This document shows positions 9,608-17,934 of a DNA stretch of 64,000 bases, piece by piece. Where the stretch lies: NCBI GenBank assembly GCA_016840035.1, contig JAEOTC010000038.1, positions 64,001 to 128,000 on the forward strand. Reading direction: 5' to 3'. The translations under genes were made by a program, and so were the position numbers. The DNA comes from Candidatus Hodarchaeota archaeon (GTDB lineage Archaea; Asgardarchaeota; Heimdallarchaeia; Hodarchaeales; Hodarchaeaceae). The first letter of the stretch is position 1. Every line of letters begins with the position of its first letter. The notes below the pieces were generated by a model that was not told the origin of the DNA, did not search any database, and was given only the letters and a program-made list of their open reading frames with translations.

Positions 9608-10642
9608 TTAGGAATCAAAATATACTTGAAATTTTAGTGGTTTAGAAAGTGAGGGATCAATTACACGAAGTATAGCTTCTGAGTCAATAATTTCATTCAA
9701 TCTCTTTGAAGTCTCACTAATCGTCTGTGTTCCAGAGATCATTACCATTTCCTTCCCTAAATTAAATGAATACCGTAATTGGTTCATAAAATCACCTATT
9801 AGCTGATCGATTGCTGATCTTACAGGAATAGCATTTAGTTGGTATTCACTAGAACAAACAAAACAGTCATCACGACGGGAAAGCTCGACAGCAGTAAATA
9901 CACCAGCGGTTCCATCCCAAAATAAGTATTCTTTGAGTGAAGGTAACTCTAAAATAATTTTCAATGTTTCTTGGGCCATCAATCCGCCTATTACAAAGGA
10001 AACACTGGATACTGATGGAATAACGTCATCAACAGGTTTCTTTTTGCGAGATTCTTTTCGTTGGTCCCCAAAAGGAGTACATGCCTTTTGAAGCTCTTCC
10101 TCTGGTATCAATGATTGACACTCTAAACAGGCATTTTCATGTGGGATAATCACCTGGAGATTACCTAAGAAACCAAACATCCCTCCTGACACTAGTGGAA
10201 GATCGTGCTCAACCACGTATGAATTAATCCATCTTCGATCAACGAATGTATCCAATCCTTCTACAATCACAGTCGCAGTTTCTAAATCAGCTTTTGTTAC
10301 ATCTTGAATTTTCATATTTAGAGGGGTAACTCTCAATTCAGGATTAATTTTCGATAACTCTCGTGCAGCTACTTCAACCTTCGATTTACCTACATCTTCC
10401 ATACGGAATAGTAACTGTCGATTTAGATTGCTAATCTCAATTGAATCGAAATCCACTAATACAAGTTCTCCTACTCCGGCCATCGCTAGTGAAACAGCTG
10501 CTACTGAACCCAAAGCTCCCAAACCTACAATTATTACCTTTCCCTTGTGTATTTTCTCTTGATCCCAATTTTCTATGAGTGTTTGCCTATCATACCTGAT
10601 TTTCTGGGATTCGTGAGTAAAATTGTTCATATTGTTCCCCAA
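9608..10642 (-). CDS. Ubiquitin-activating E1-like enzyme (ThiF/MoeB/UBA family)
   Basis: RYDRQ, GLGALG, DFDSIEISNLNRQ, CLEC/CFVC Zn sites, likely catalytic Cys in KACTP; next to ubiquitin. Confidence 0.92.
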   Translation of the reverse strand: MGNNMNNFTHESQKIRYDRQTLIENWDQEKIHKGKVIIVGLGALGSVAAVSLAMAGVGELVLVDFDSIEISNLNRQLLFRMEDVGKSKVEVAARELSKINPELRVTPLNMKIQDVTKADLETATVIVEGLDTFVDRRWINSYVVEHDLPLVSGGMFGFLGNLQVIIPHENACLECQSLIPEEELQKACTPFGDQRKESRKKKPVDDVIPSVSSVSFVIGGLMAQETLKIILELPSLKEYLFWDGTAGVFTAVELSRRDDCFVCSSEYQLNAIPVRSAIDQLIGDFMNQLRYSFNLGKEMVMISGTQTISETSKRLNEIIDSEAILRVIDPSLSKPLKFQVYFDS

Positions 10643-10851
10643 ATTGACTGATGAAAGACTTTGTTTAATTTTTTTCTTCAGCTTTATTATATTAAGGACG
10701 ATTTTAAATCATCTTGGAAAGAGTAACCCAACAAACTCAATGCAGCTGTGAATGAATATTGAAAAACGATTGCGTACAATCGCTATGGTATCCATATTTC
10801 AATAGAAAAGAATTACTCAAGAAGAAAAATAAGAAAAAAAGAGAAAGACAA

Positions 10852-11094
10852 TTATTTAACCGTTCCACCGGTTGTTCTCGTAATCATGTATAATTTATCT
10901 AAATCTTCAATACCCGCGGATTTTAATGTCTCGCTCTCATCAAGCTGTTTTCCCTGAAAAACTAAAATCACTGAACGGGCAGGAATACGTTTTTGTTGTG
11001 CAACGCGCTCTTTAATAGATGCTAATGATTCAGTTTTTTCACAAGTAAGCGTTATCTGTCCTCCTCCAATTGCTTGGACAATATTTATCTGCAT
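10852..11094 (-). CDS. Ubiquitin homolog (precursor ending GG-TVK)
   Basis: MQINI..., LVFQGKQLDESETL, C-terminal RTTGG followed by a 3-residue extension. Confidence 0.92.
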   Translation of the reverse strand: MQINIVQAIGGGQITLTCEKTESLASIKERVAQQKRIPARSVILVFQGKQLDESETLKSAGIEDLDKLYMITRTTGGTVK

Positions 11095-11273
11095 TTTTGA
11101 TTCCCAGCTAAGTATTTCTTGTTTAATCTAGTGATGTTCTTCATATCAAATTTTGAAGTTACTTCGACTAAGCCCACTAAGATCATAGGCCGAGAGCTTA
11201 TAAAAGATACGAAAGGGGATTATGAAACTCTGAAGAATCATATTGATCTTATGATATTTCAACATAAATGTTT

Positions 11274-12077
11274 CTATTCTTCTTCATCATCCTCGAGAAA
11301 TTCTATTCCTTCATTTGTAATCTGGAATGTTAATGTTTTCGTAGTATGTTTTGTACCTCTCATTTTACTGATTCGGAGGATTCGCATCATTTCTCCTCGC
11401 ACAGATAACATATCCAAATGTATTATAGAATCGGCAATATACTCTTCCCCAAAAATCGATGTGCCCGTATTACTAGGAAGCTCTGATATCGCAAGTGTAG
11501 TTACATTAAGGGAGGCAATATTGGTTAAGAAACCCGTAGTAATTTTTCTCAAGAAGCCCTGGTCATTCCCGTAGTCATAAAACCGAAAAGCCGCAAGTGG
11601 ATCAATAACTATCCGTTCTATCTTCTTTTCCTCGACTACTTGACTGATGTGATAGAAAACACGATGGAGGAATGTAGGTAAAGATGTCTCATCATATGGT
11701 ACTCCTTCGGTTTCCATAATAAATGGTGAGTCTTCTGACATATTGAGACTATCAGGATCCCATAATTCCCAACCTGAAGGTGTAAAATCTAGCATGATAA
11801 TTTTTTCGGGTTCCACATAGTGATTGTGATCAAAAAATAAAAAATTACTCGCATCTCGACGGATAGCCCACGGAGGCTCTTGCATAGCTATAAGTAATCC
11901 ATTTTCATTCTTTAACGCCCCATCTGATAAAAAATGTAGACCAAAAATAGTTTTACCAGCTCCTGCTGGTCCAATAATCAAATTTGTTGAACCTTTGATA
12001 AACCCACCTTGAGTAAGTTCATCTAGATTTGGTATGCCGCTAGTTACACGTATTTTTTCAAACAAATGATGCCACAT
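11274..12077 (-). CDS. KaiC/RAD55-like RecA-superfamily ATPase
   Basis: SGIPNLDELTQGG, GPAGAGKT, RIVIDP, LRISKMRGTKH. Confidence 0.9.
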   Translation of the reverse strand: MWHHLFEKIRVTSGIPNLDELTQGGFIKGSTNLIIGPAGAGKTIFGLHFLSDGALKNENGLLIAMQEPPWAIRRDASNFLFFDHNHYVEPEKIIMLDFTPSGWELWDPDSLNMSEDSPFIMETEGVPYDETSLPTFLHRVFYHISQVVEEKKIERIVIDPLAAFRFYDYGNDQGFLRKITTGFLTNIASLNVTTLAISELPSNTGTSIFGEEYIADSIIHLDMLSVRGEMMRILRISKMRGTKHTTKTLTFQITNEGIEFLEDDEEE

Positions 12078-12183
12078 TTCCTCTATGGGATTCTAGAGAA
12101 AAATAGCATTTCCTTCTTTATTAGTTAAACTCAATTCGAAATCCGCTTGAATCACACTAATTTGTAGGAAAGTTCATTCTTAA

Positions 12184-12801
12184 CTAGATTTGAGTCTGTT
12201 CAACAACGACTTTTCGATATTTTATCATTTCTTTGACAAGGTATGCGAATGCAGCTTCAAGATTTTCCCCGCTTCTAATTCCTCCGGGATCTGTTGCTAC
12301 CGTTCCAAATATTTGATATGTATACTCTTTTAGATGCGCTTCAACGAATGCTTTCAGGATGAAGTCAGGAGAAAGTGCGATTGGCAAATCCTGTTTATTT
12401 GCAATCACTAAGATAGGTATTTTACCTGGTATCAATCGTAAAGCTTCATCCAACCACTGTTCATCATTTCTAAAATTCCTTTGAGAACTATCGACAATAA
12501 AAACTATCCCATCAGCTGTTCTTACAAATCGTTCATGGTATCGCATATCTAAAAACCGCTTCTGCCCACCCACATCAATTAACCCTAACACAGCAGAATC
12601 TATCTCAACATGAGATACTCCAAAGGCTATTGTTGGTTTAATATTTCTTGGGGCTGGATACCCATGTTCCAAATAGAAAGCGATGGAGGATTTCCCTACT
12701 CCGCTGGTACCAAGAAGTATCACCGAAAATATGTTATCAGATGAAGTCTGCATATGGAAATGAATCCTAGTATTACTACTAATGGCTGAAATAGTACTCA
12801 A
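12184..12801 (-). CDS. Arf-like small GTPase
   Basis: GTSGVGKS, PTI, DVGGQ, IVFIVDSS, ANKQDLP. Confidence 0.88.
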   Translation of the reverse strand: MSTISAISSNTRIHFHMQTSSDNIFSVILLGTSGVGKSSIAFYLEHGYPAPRNIKPTIAFGVSHVEIDSAVLGLIDVGGQKRFLDMRYHERFVRTADGIVFIVDSSQRNFRNDEQWLDEALRLIPGKIPILVIANKQDLPIALSPDFILKAFVEAHLKEYTYQIFGTVATDPGGIRSGENLEAAFAYLVKEMIKYRKVVVEQTQI

Positions 12802-12982
12802 ACATTAGAGATATTAGTGTAAGTTAAATCTCCTATACACTAATTGAAAATGGAATCGAAACTTTAAAAGAGATTCCAAACTAAAATTAATATTAAGAAC
12901 TTGGAAAACTAACTAGTTATTTCAATAGAAATTTATGAGGATATTTTCCTATGAAAATTAGTTTTTATTTTTCCCTTTGTGA

Positions 12983-13372
12983 ATGAAAATGAACCAGAAA
13001 TCTCGCGAAATTAAAATTGAATCACTAAAGACTCCGAAAGGAGATGTACCGACTGTAAAAGGATTGGAATTGGTAATGGAACTGTTCTTTTCTGAATATA
13101 ACAAATTGGGATCTGTTATAGATTCCCTTCAGAAGAAAATTGGAGATTTATCAGGTGAGATTTCGAAACAATCAAAGCTAATGACCGATTTTGGAAAAAA
13201 TTTTTCAGATTTGATTGTAATTTTAGGGAACTTTGAACGTAAAATCGAACAACAACAATCTGCTACAGCAAATACCCGTCTCATGGAAACGACTGATTTA
13301 TTAACCTTAAAAAAGGACTTATCTCAAATTTTAACAAAATTAGAGTCATTGCTGACAATTAATGAAAGGTAA
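12983..13372 (+). CDS. Coiled-coil hypothetical protein
   Basis: Heptad-rich 129-aa ORF overlapping the RING ORF. Confidence 0.6.
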   Translation: MKMNQKSREIKIESLKTPKGDVPTVKGLELVMELFFSEYNKLGSVIDSLQKKIGDLSGEISKQSKLMTDFGKNFSDLIVILGNFERKIEQQQSATANTRLMETTDLLTLKKDLSQILTKLESLLTINER

Positions 13373-13595
13373 AGGCAATCCTATGAAACAAACTAGTATA
13401 AAACTAATTTCAAGTCCAATTGGATCTTGGAATCCATTTCAGACTCCCTCTAAGTGCATTATCTGTTGGAAACCGATGAAAGAGAGTGAACCTTTGATGG
13501 AGTGTCCCCACTGCCATAGTAGAGCCCACCAAGAGCACATGCTGCGCTGGTTAGCAAAGAAAGGTTATTGTCCTTTCTGTAACAATAAGTGGTAA
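13362..13595 (+). CDS. Small RING-finger protein (putative E3 ligase)
   Basis: CIIC...CPHC...HQEH...W...CPFC RING-variant spacing; within the ubiquitin cluster; true start may be ATG at 13383. Confidence 0.82.
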   Translation: MKGKGNPMKQTSIKLISSPIGSWNPFQTPSKCIICWKPMKESEPLMECPHCHSRAHQEHMLRWLAKKGYCPFCNNKW

Positions 13596-13596
13596 T

Positions 13597-14049
13597 ATGA
13601 AGGAACTTATACATCTACCTAAAGTCATTAAAAAATTGGAACAGAACCTAGAAGGTTATTTAGGTAAGCTATTCCCGACACGAGAACGAACTTTACCTGT
13701 AAAAAAAATGAAAAGGGAAAATAATACGATAATGACATGGAATGTGTATCCTAATCCTCCTGAAAAAATTAACAAAATTTTTGTAGACTTAGAAAAAATA
13801 ATTTCGAGAATTCTCAAACATCCTATTGATGGGGAACTAATCTGTTATGAGATTAAGGCTGGTCAAATTCTTGATGGAGGAGTTAATGCCTTTTCAATAC
13901 TTCAAGGATTCAACTGGGATTTATACCTGTACCAACCTGAAATTTTCATATACATTAGGTTACAACATGAATCAGACCTTGATGTAACCAATGAATGGAT
14001 TTCAATTGATATTGACCTAGTTAATAATTCGGCCTGGTTCCTTGACTAG
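13597..14049 (+). CDS. Hypothetical protein
   Basis: 150-aa ORF beginning 1 nt after the RING stop. Confidence 0.55.
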   Translation: MKELIHLPKVIKKLEQNLEGYLGKLFPTRERTLPVKKMKRENNTIMTWNVYPNPPEKINKIFVDLEKIISRILKHPIDGELICYEIKAGQILDGGVNAFSILQGFNWDLYLYQPEIFIYIRLQHESDLDVTNEWISIDIDLVNNSAWFLD

Positions 14050-14059
14050 AGTTTTCATT

Positions 14060-15004
14060 TCAAACGATTTTCCATCTCTTGGAATGGCTTTCGTATTCTG
14101 TTCGTCCTTCCACCTCCATTTCTTTGAGGAATGCATTTGCAGTTGTGGATCCCACTCCTAGTTCACTAAATGGAGATTCCCAAGATATACCAATTGTATT
14201 CATATATTCTTCTGCAATATATTGTATTTTAGCTTCCCCTTTGCTTACTAATACATCATAGATAGTATCTTTTGTGTGTTTATGTTCAAAAATTAAATTG
14301 TGAATGTACAGATCAAATGGGTGCGGAACTGGACTTTGATGGGAGGGACAAATTACTTCTGTCGTGAGATTAGATAACATTTCAAGAAGTTTCAACCGTT
14401 TTTGGGAACTGCCTGTCCCATCAATGAAGAAGGAGGCTGGTTGTTCTGGGGCAATATTAGCTTCATCACCAATAAAAGTACATTTAGCAGAATAAGCTTG
14501 TATTAAAATTGAATCTTTCGAATGACCCCCAGTAGATTGCAGAATAAGTTCTTCAGATCCAAGATCAATTGATTCACTACCACTAAAGCAAGTTATATGC
14601 TCTTCTTTAACTTTACTAATTTTTGAAAATAATGATGACTTCATTGCGAGACTGAATTTTGATGGATTCGGGAATTGCTCATCTAAAATATACTTCTGAC
14701 CTTCAGTGAGTGCTTTTTTCCCTGATTCATGGATTACAATCATCGGTTTAATTTTTGAAAGAGCACTTACTCCTGCCCAATGATCAGGGTGGGTATGAGT
14801 TAGGACTAAATACTTAATATCTGAAGTATCTCTACCTTCTTTCTTCACAAAAGATATTATATCTTTCCCAACTGATCTTGAAGGTAAATCAATTATTGCA
14901 ATCTTTTCCCCCATGACCAGATAACTGGCAAATTCTTCTTCTTGCTTACCTGTTTTTCCTACAATCCGAAAAACTCCTGGTGCCCATTCTACAAAGTTTC
15001 CCAA
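14060..15004 (-). CDS. Metallo-beta-lactamase-fold hydrolase
   Basis: THTHPDH, GGHS, FIGD, PSH motifs; GGTGA SD before TTG. Confidence 0.9.
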   Translation of the reverse strand: MGNFVEWAPGVFRIVGKTGKQEEEFASYLVMGEKIAIIDLPSRSVGKDIISFVKKEGRDTSDIKYLVLTHTHPDHWAGVSALSKIKPMIVIHESGKKALTEGQKYILDEQFPNPSKFSLAMKSSLFSKISKVKEEHITCFSGSESIDLGSEELILQSTGGHSKDSILIQAYSAKCTFIGDEANIAPEQPASFFIDGTGSSQKRLKLLEMLSNLTTEVICPSHQSPVPHPFDLYIHNLIFEHKHTKDTIYDVLVSKGEAKIQYIAEEYMNTIGISWESPFSELGVGSTTANAFLKEMEVEGRTEYESHSKRWKIV

Positions 15005-15177
15005 AAATATTCACCTATTTCAGTTTGATGTGACTTTTTCTGAATAAAACCCTCGTAATTTCTTTATTAATGCTTTTTGGTGGAGGAGGTCGCTTTTCTG
15101 TAAAAGATTTTCTCTGCAACAATAAAGGATAATTTTTAAAAAGAATCTCTAGAATCAAGATCGTATATGAGAGTCCT

Positions 15178-16209
15178 TTGAGGGATACCATATTGAACTT
15201 AGACGAATTAATCGAACATGGTTTTATACCAACCATTGATCCTACTTCCCCGGATTCACTAGCTAGTCAAGGAGCCAATGCTTTTCTTGCTGAATATGGA
15301 GGAGTAGTTGAAGAAGTAGCACTTGTTTGTAAAAAAGAGGACGGTTTAGTTACTTTTCGAAGTGGAGCCGCTCCTAGTGACCGTAATTATGAAAACTTTT
15401 TCACAGACTTTACCGAATTAGCTAATGACCTTGGTATGAAAACCCATGCCTTTTCCTATGCTTTTGGTGATTCTTATCTTGGATCAGATCCAAATTATTC
15501 AATAGGTCGCTCTGATGGGACACTCATGACGACTTATGTTGATCCAAGTATGGAGGGATACTGGAAACATCTTAGTCAAATTTCACGTGAGGTTGCTCGT
15601 AAACCTATTAGGTCATTAGTTCTGCAAGAATTTCTATTTCCTAGACAGGAGTTTTCTTTTTCAAAGAGAGCTGTTCGAAAATTCGCAGAATTATCAGGTG
15701 TAAGCTTAGACACGAGTTACCTTGACATTCAAAAAGACCCTTCAATTCAACGAATGTTTGAAGATTGGCGTACTGATCTCATAAGCAGAGCATTTCGTCA
15801 AGCCGTAGAAAACGCAAGAAGCGAACGTCCAAGTTTAGACATAGGCATGGTCGTACCTGTCGATCCTGAAACAGAATGGCACAACGGATTTGTGCGTCAT
15901 TATGGGATAAATCTGGATAGAATTATCGAAATTTGTGGTTATGTTATTTATCACATTATGCCCTATTCCCCTATGTACCCTGAGCCAGGTTCCCCTAGTT
16001 GGGATACTCTAACGCAAGCCCTCCGTAGTTCCAATCTCTATGAAGAAAGTGGATATAAAAAAGCCCTTTTTGTCTGGGGCTTGGATTCAGAAGACGATGT
16101 CACGTGGTTAGAAACTTTAAAACAAGAAGTTAATGCTGATAAAATATTCGCACGTCTAGAATATCCGGAGAAATATTCTGTGAAGCGTGAAATACACCGT
16201 GGGGTATAA
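15178..16209 (+). CDS. TIM-barrel, glycoside-hydrolase-like (GHL10-type) protein
   Basis: YVDPS...YWKHL...LVLQEFLFP and WRTDLI resemble GHL10-like segments. Confidence 0.5.
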   Translation: MRDTILNLDELIEHGFIPTIDPTSPDSLASQGANAFLAEYGGVVEEVALVCKKEDGLVTFRSGAAPSDRNYENFFTDFTELANDLGMKTHAFSYAFGDSYLGSDPNYSIGRSDGTLMTTYVDPSMEGYWKHLSQISREVARKPIRSLVLQEFLFPRQEFSFSKRAVRKFAELSGVSLDTSYLDIQKDPSIQRMFEDWRTDLISRAFRQAVENARSERPSLDIGMVVPVDPETEWHNGFVRHYGINLDRIIEICGYVIYHIMPYSPMYPEPGSPSWDTLTQALRSSNLYEESGYKKALFVWGLDSEDDVTWLETLKQEVNADKIFARLEYPEKYSVKREIHRGV

Positions 16210-16216
16210 ATCCCGA

Positions 16217-16669
16217 CTATTTTTGGTTCCAATGCGCATAACGTCGAATATAATCGCCAACCTGATTTTGAAAGACCCTTCGATTTCGCTTCCATTGGCG
16301 CGCAGCAGTCGCATTTAGGGGGTCATCGGGATTGGGACTTGTTAGAAGGAATCGAATTGTCTCCACCACCTGCACTAAACTATAAGCTGGACTCCAATCC
16401 TTCCCAAGAATACCTACACACACTTTTTCTCTGAATATGTTCACATGCCAAATGGGAGTCTTAAACCTGACCTTTGGAGGTTCAAATGGATAACTACGAG
16501 GAATTTTTATTTCAATTACAAACACTCCCCCCTCATATAACCCAGATCCTAAAATTTCACCTTTCCAGAAAGTCAAATCGTTGTTAACTGATCTAAAAGT
16601 TGGTTGTTCCCGAGTCAACTCTTGAGCTTCGATTGCAAGTCGATCTAACCATTCTTCTTCAGTTAACAG
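16217..16669 (-). CDS. Ubiquitin-conjugating enzyme E2
   Basis: LYEGGVF, YPFEPPKVRF.TPIWHVNI, active-site VCVGIL, WSPA, PNPDDPLN. Frame is open upstream of the ORF call to a CTG at 16669 preceded by GGTGA. Confidence 0.93.
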   Translation of the reverse strand: MLTEEEWLDRLAIEAQELTREQPTFRSVNNDLTFWKGEILGSGLYEGGVFVIEIKIPRSYPFEPPKVRFKTPIWHVNIFREKVCVGILGKDWSPAYSLVQVVETIRFLLTSPNPDDPLNATAARQWKRNRRVFQNQVGDYIRRYAHWNQK

Positions 16670-16916
16670 ATCTTTTTCACCCTTATTTTTCTCTATATTA
16701 AAGGACTGGAACTTTGTTAATAAGTATAAGCAAATGAACCTTAATTATTACTTTCAATAGATTGGGTATAAAATTAGGTTTATAGGAAAGATGAATTCTA
16801 GAAAAGACATAATCTGACAATAACATTTTTATTTATTTCAGAAGGCATAAACTTACAATCAAACTTCCCTATACCACAATCTCCGAAAAAAAATACTTGA
16901 AAGGTGACTCTGTTAA

Positions 16917-17213
16917 ATGAGTGAAGCATACTTAGACATCCTCGAGAGGTTTACAAAGATCCAAGAAATTATGATTCTAGATGATAAGGAGTATCGGAAA
17001 AATCCGAAAAAAACCGCCAGAATCGCAAGCATGCTAGTAATGGCGAGTCTTTATTCGAGATTCTCCTTAGATCGTCAATATGCAGTATTCAAAGCCATGA
17101 AACAATCGATGCGTGAGAAGCTTGATAGTTTTAAGGCACTAGGGGATTCCGTTGATGATATTGCAGCAACCCTGATTTATGCATCTGAAGTTAATAAAAG
17201 CAAAACAGGCTAA
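16917..17213 (+). CDS. Hypothetical protein
   Basis: 98-aa ORF with AGGTGA SD upstream. Confidence 0.65.
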   Translation: MSEAYLDILERFTKIQEIMILDDKEYRKNPKKTARIASMLVMASLYSRFSLDRQYAVFKAMKQSMREKLDSFKALGDSVDDIAATLIYASEVNKSKTG

Positions 17214-17934
17214 TGATCAGAATTTCTAGTCAATACAGGTTATTAATCATTAAACCCGATTTCATCCACGATAATTCTTCTTTTCCTTTACTCTTATATT
17301 TGGATTAGATAGCCATTCAGTAGACTAATTCAACAATAGAAGGAATTGGTTGGTATGTCTACAATCTAAGCTGGTATTAGAACTTAAATAGTAATCTACC
17401 AGTTGAAATGCAATCTATACAAAGAAGAATTAAGAGGGGGGAGGGAGGGGATCCAGCGCTAATAAAAAACAGAGTTTTTTGGCACGCTGAATCCCAAGGT
17501 ATTCTCGTTTTTCTTCCAACCATACTAGAAGTGAATGATTGGACAAGAAAGCTTCCGTTGTAGAACTATATAATATTTTTTGTAAGGTACCCGAAAAAAG
17601 CCCTCTTTCTCTTTGCAGATAATATACTTACTTCGTACTTAGTTCTCTCGAATAGCATTTAGCTTAGATTTCTATCAACTAGTAACAAAATCCTTAGAGA
17701 GTATTTAAGCTCGAAAGAATTTTAAACACTCCCTTATTTGCTTTTTCTGAGGCGAAATAACATGTGGGATTGCCAAATGCTTGAATCACTTTGAACTCTT
17801 TTCTGGTCTCTTTCAAGCTAATGTTTTACTTCGCCTAAGCAGAATTGAAACACGGAATTTTGCGGATCCCTCAACTCCTCTCTTAATTATATTTGATAAT
17901 TATAATAGTAGAAGTAAAAATCAGTATTTAGGAT

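Noticed and set aside
11274-12077. Circadian clock KaiC
   Set aside because: Single-domain KaiC/RAD55-like ATPase common in archaea; no kaiA or kaiB nearby
17745-17934. T-box or SAM riboswitch before metG
   Set aside because: No T-box UGGNACC bulge or SAM-I core consensus recognisable; kept only as an unclassified hairpin
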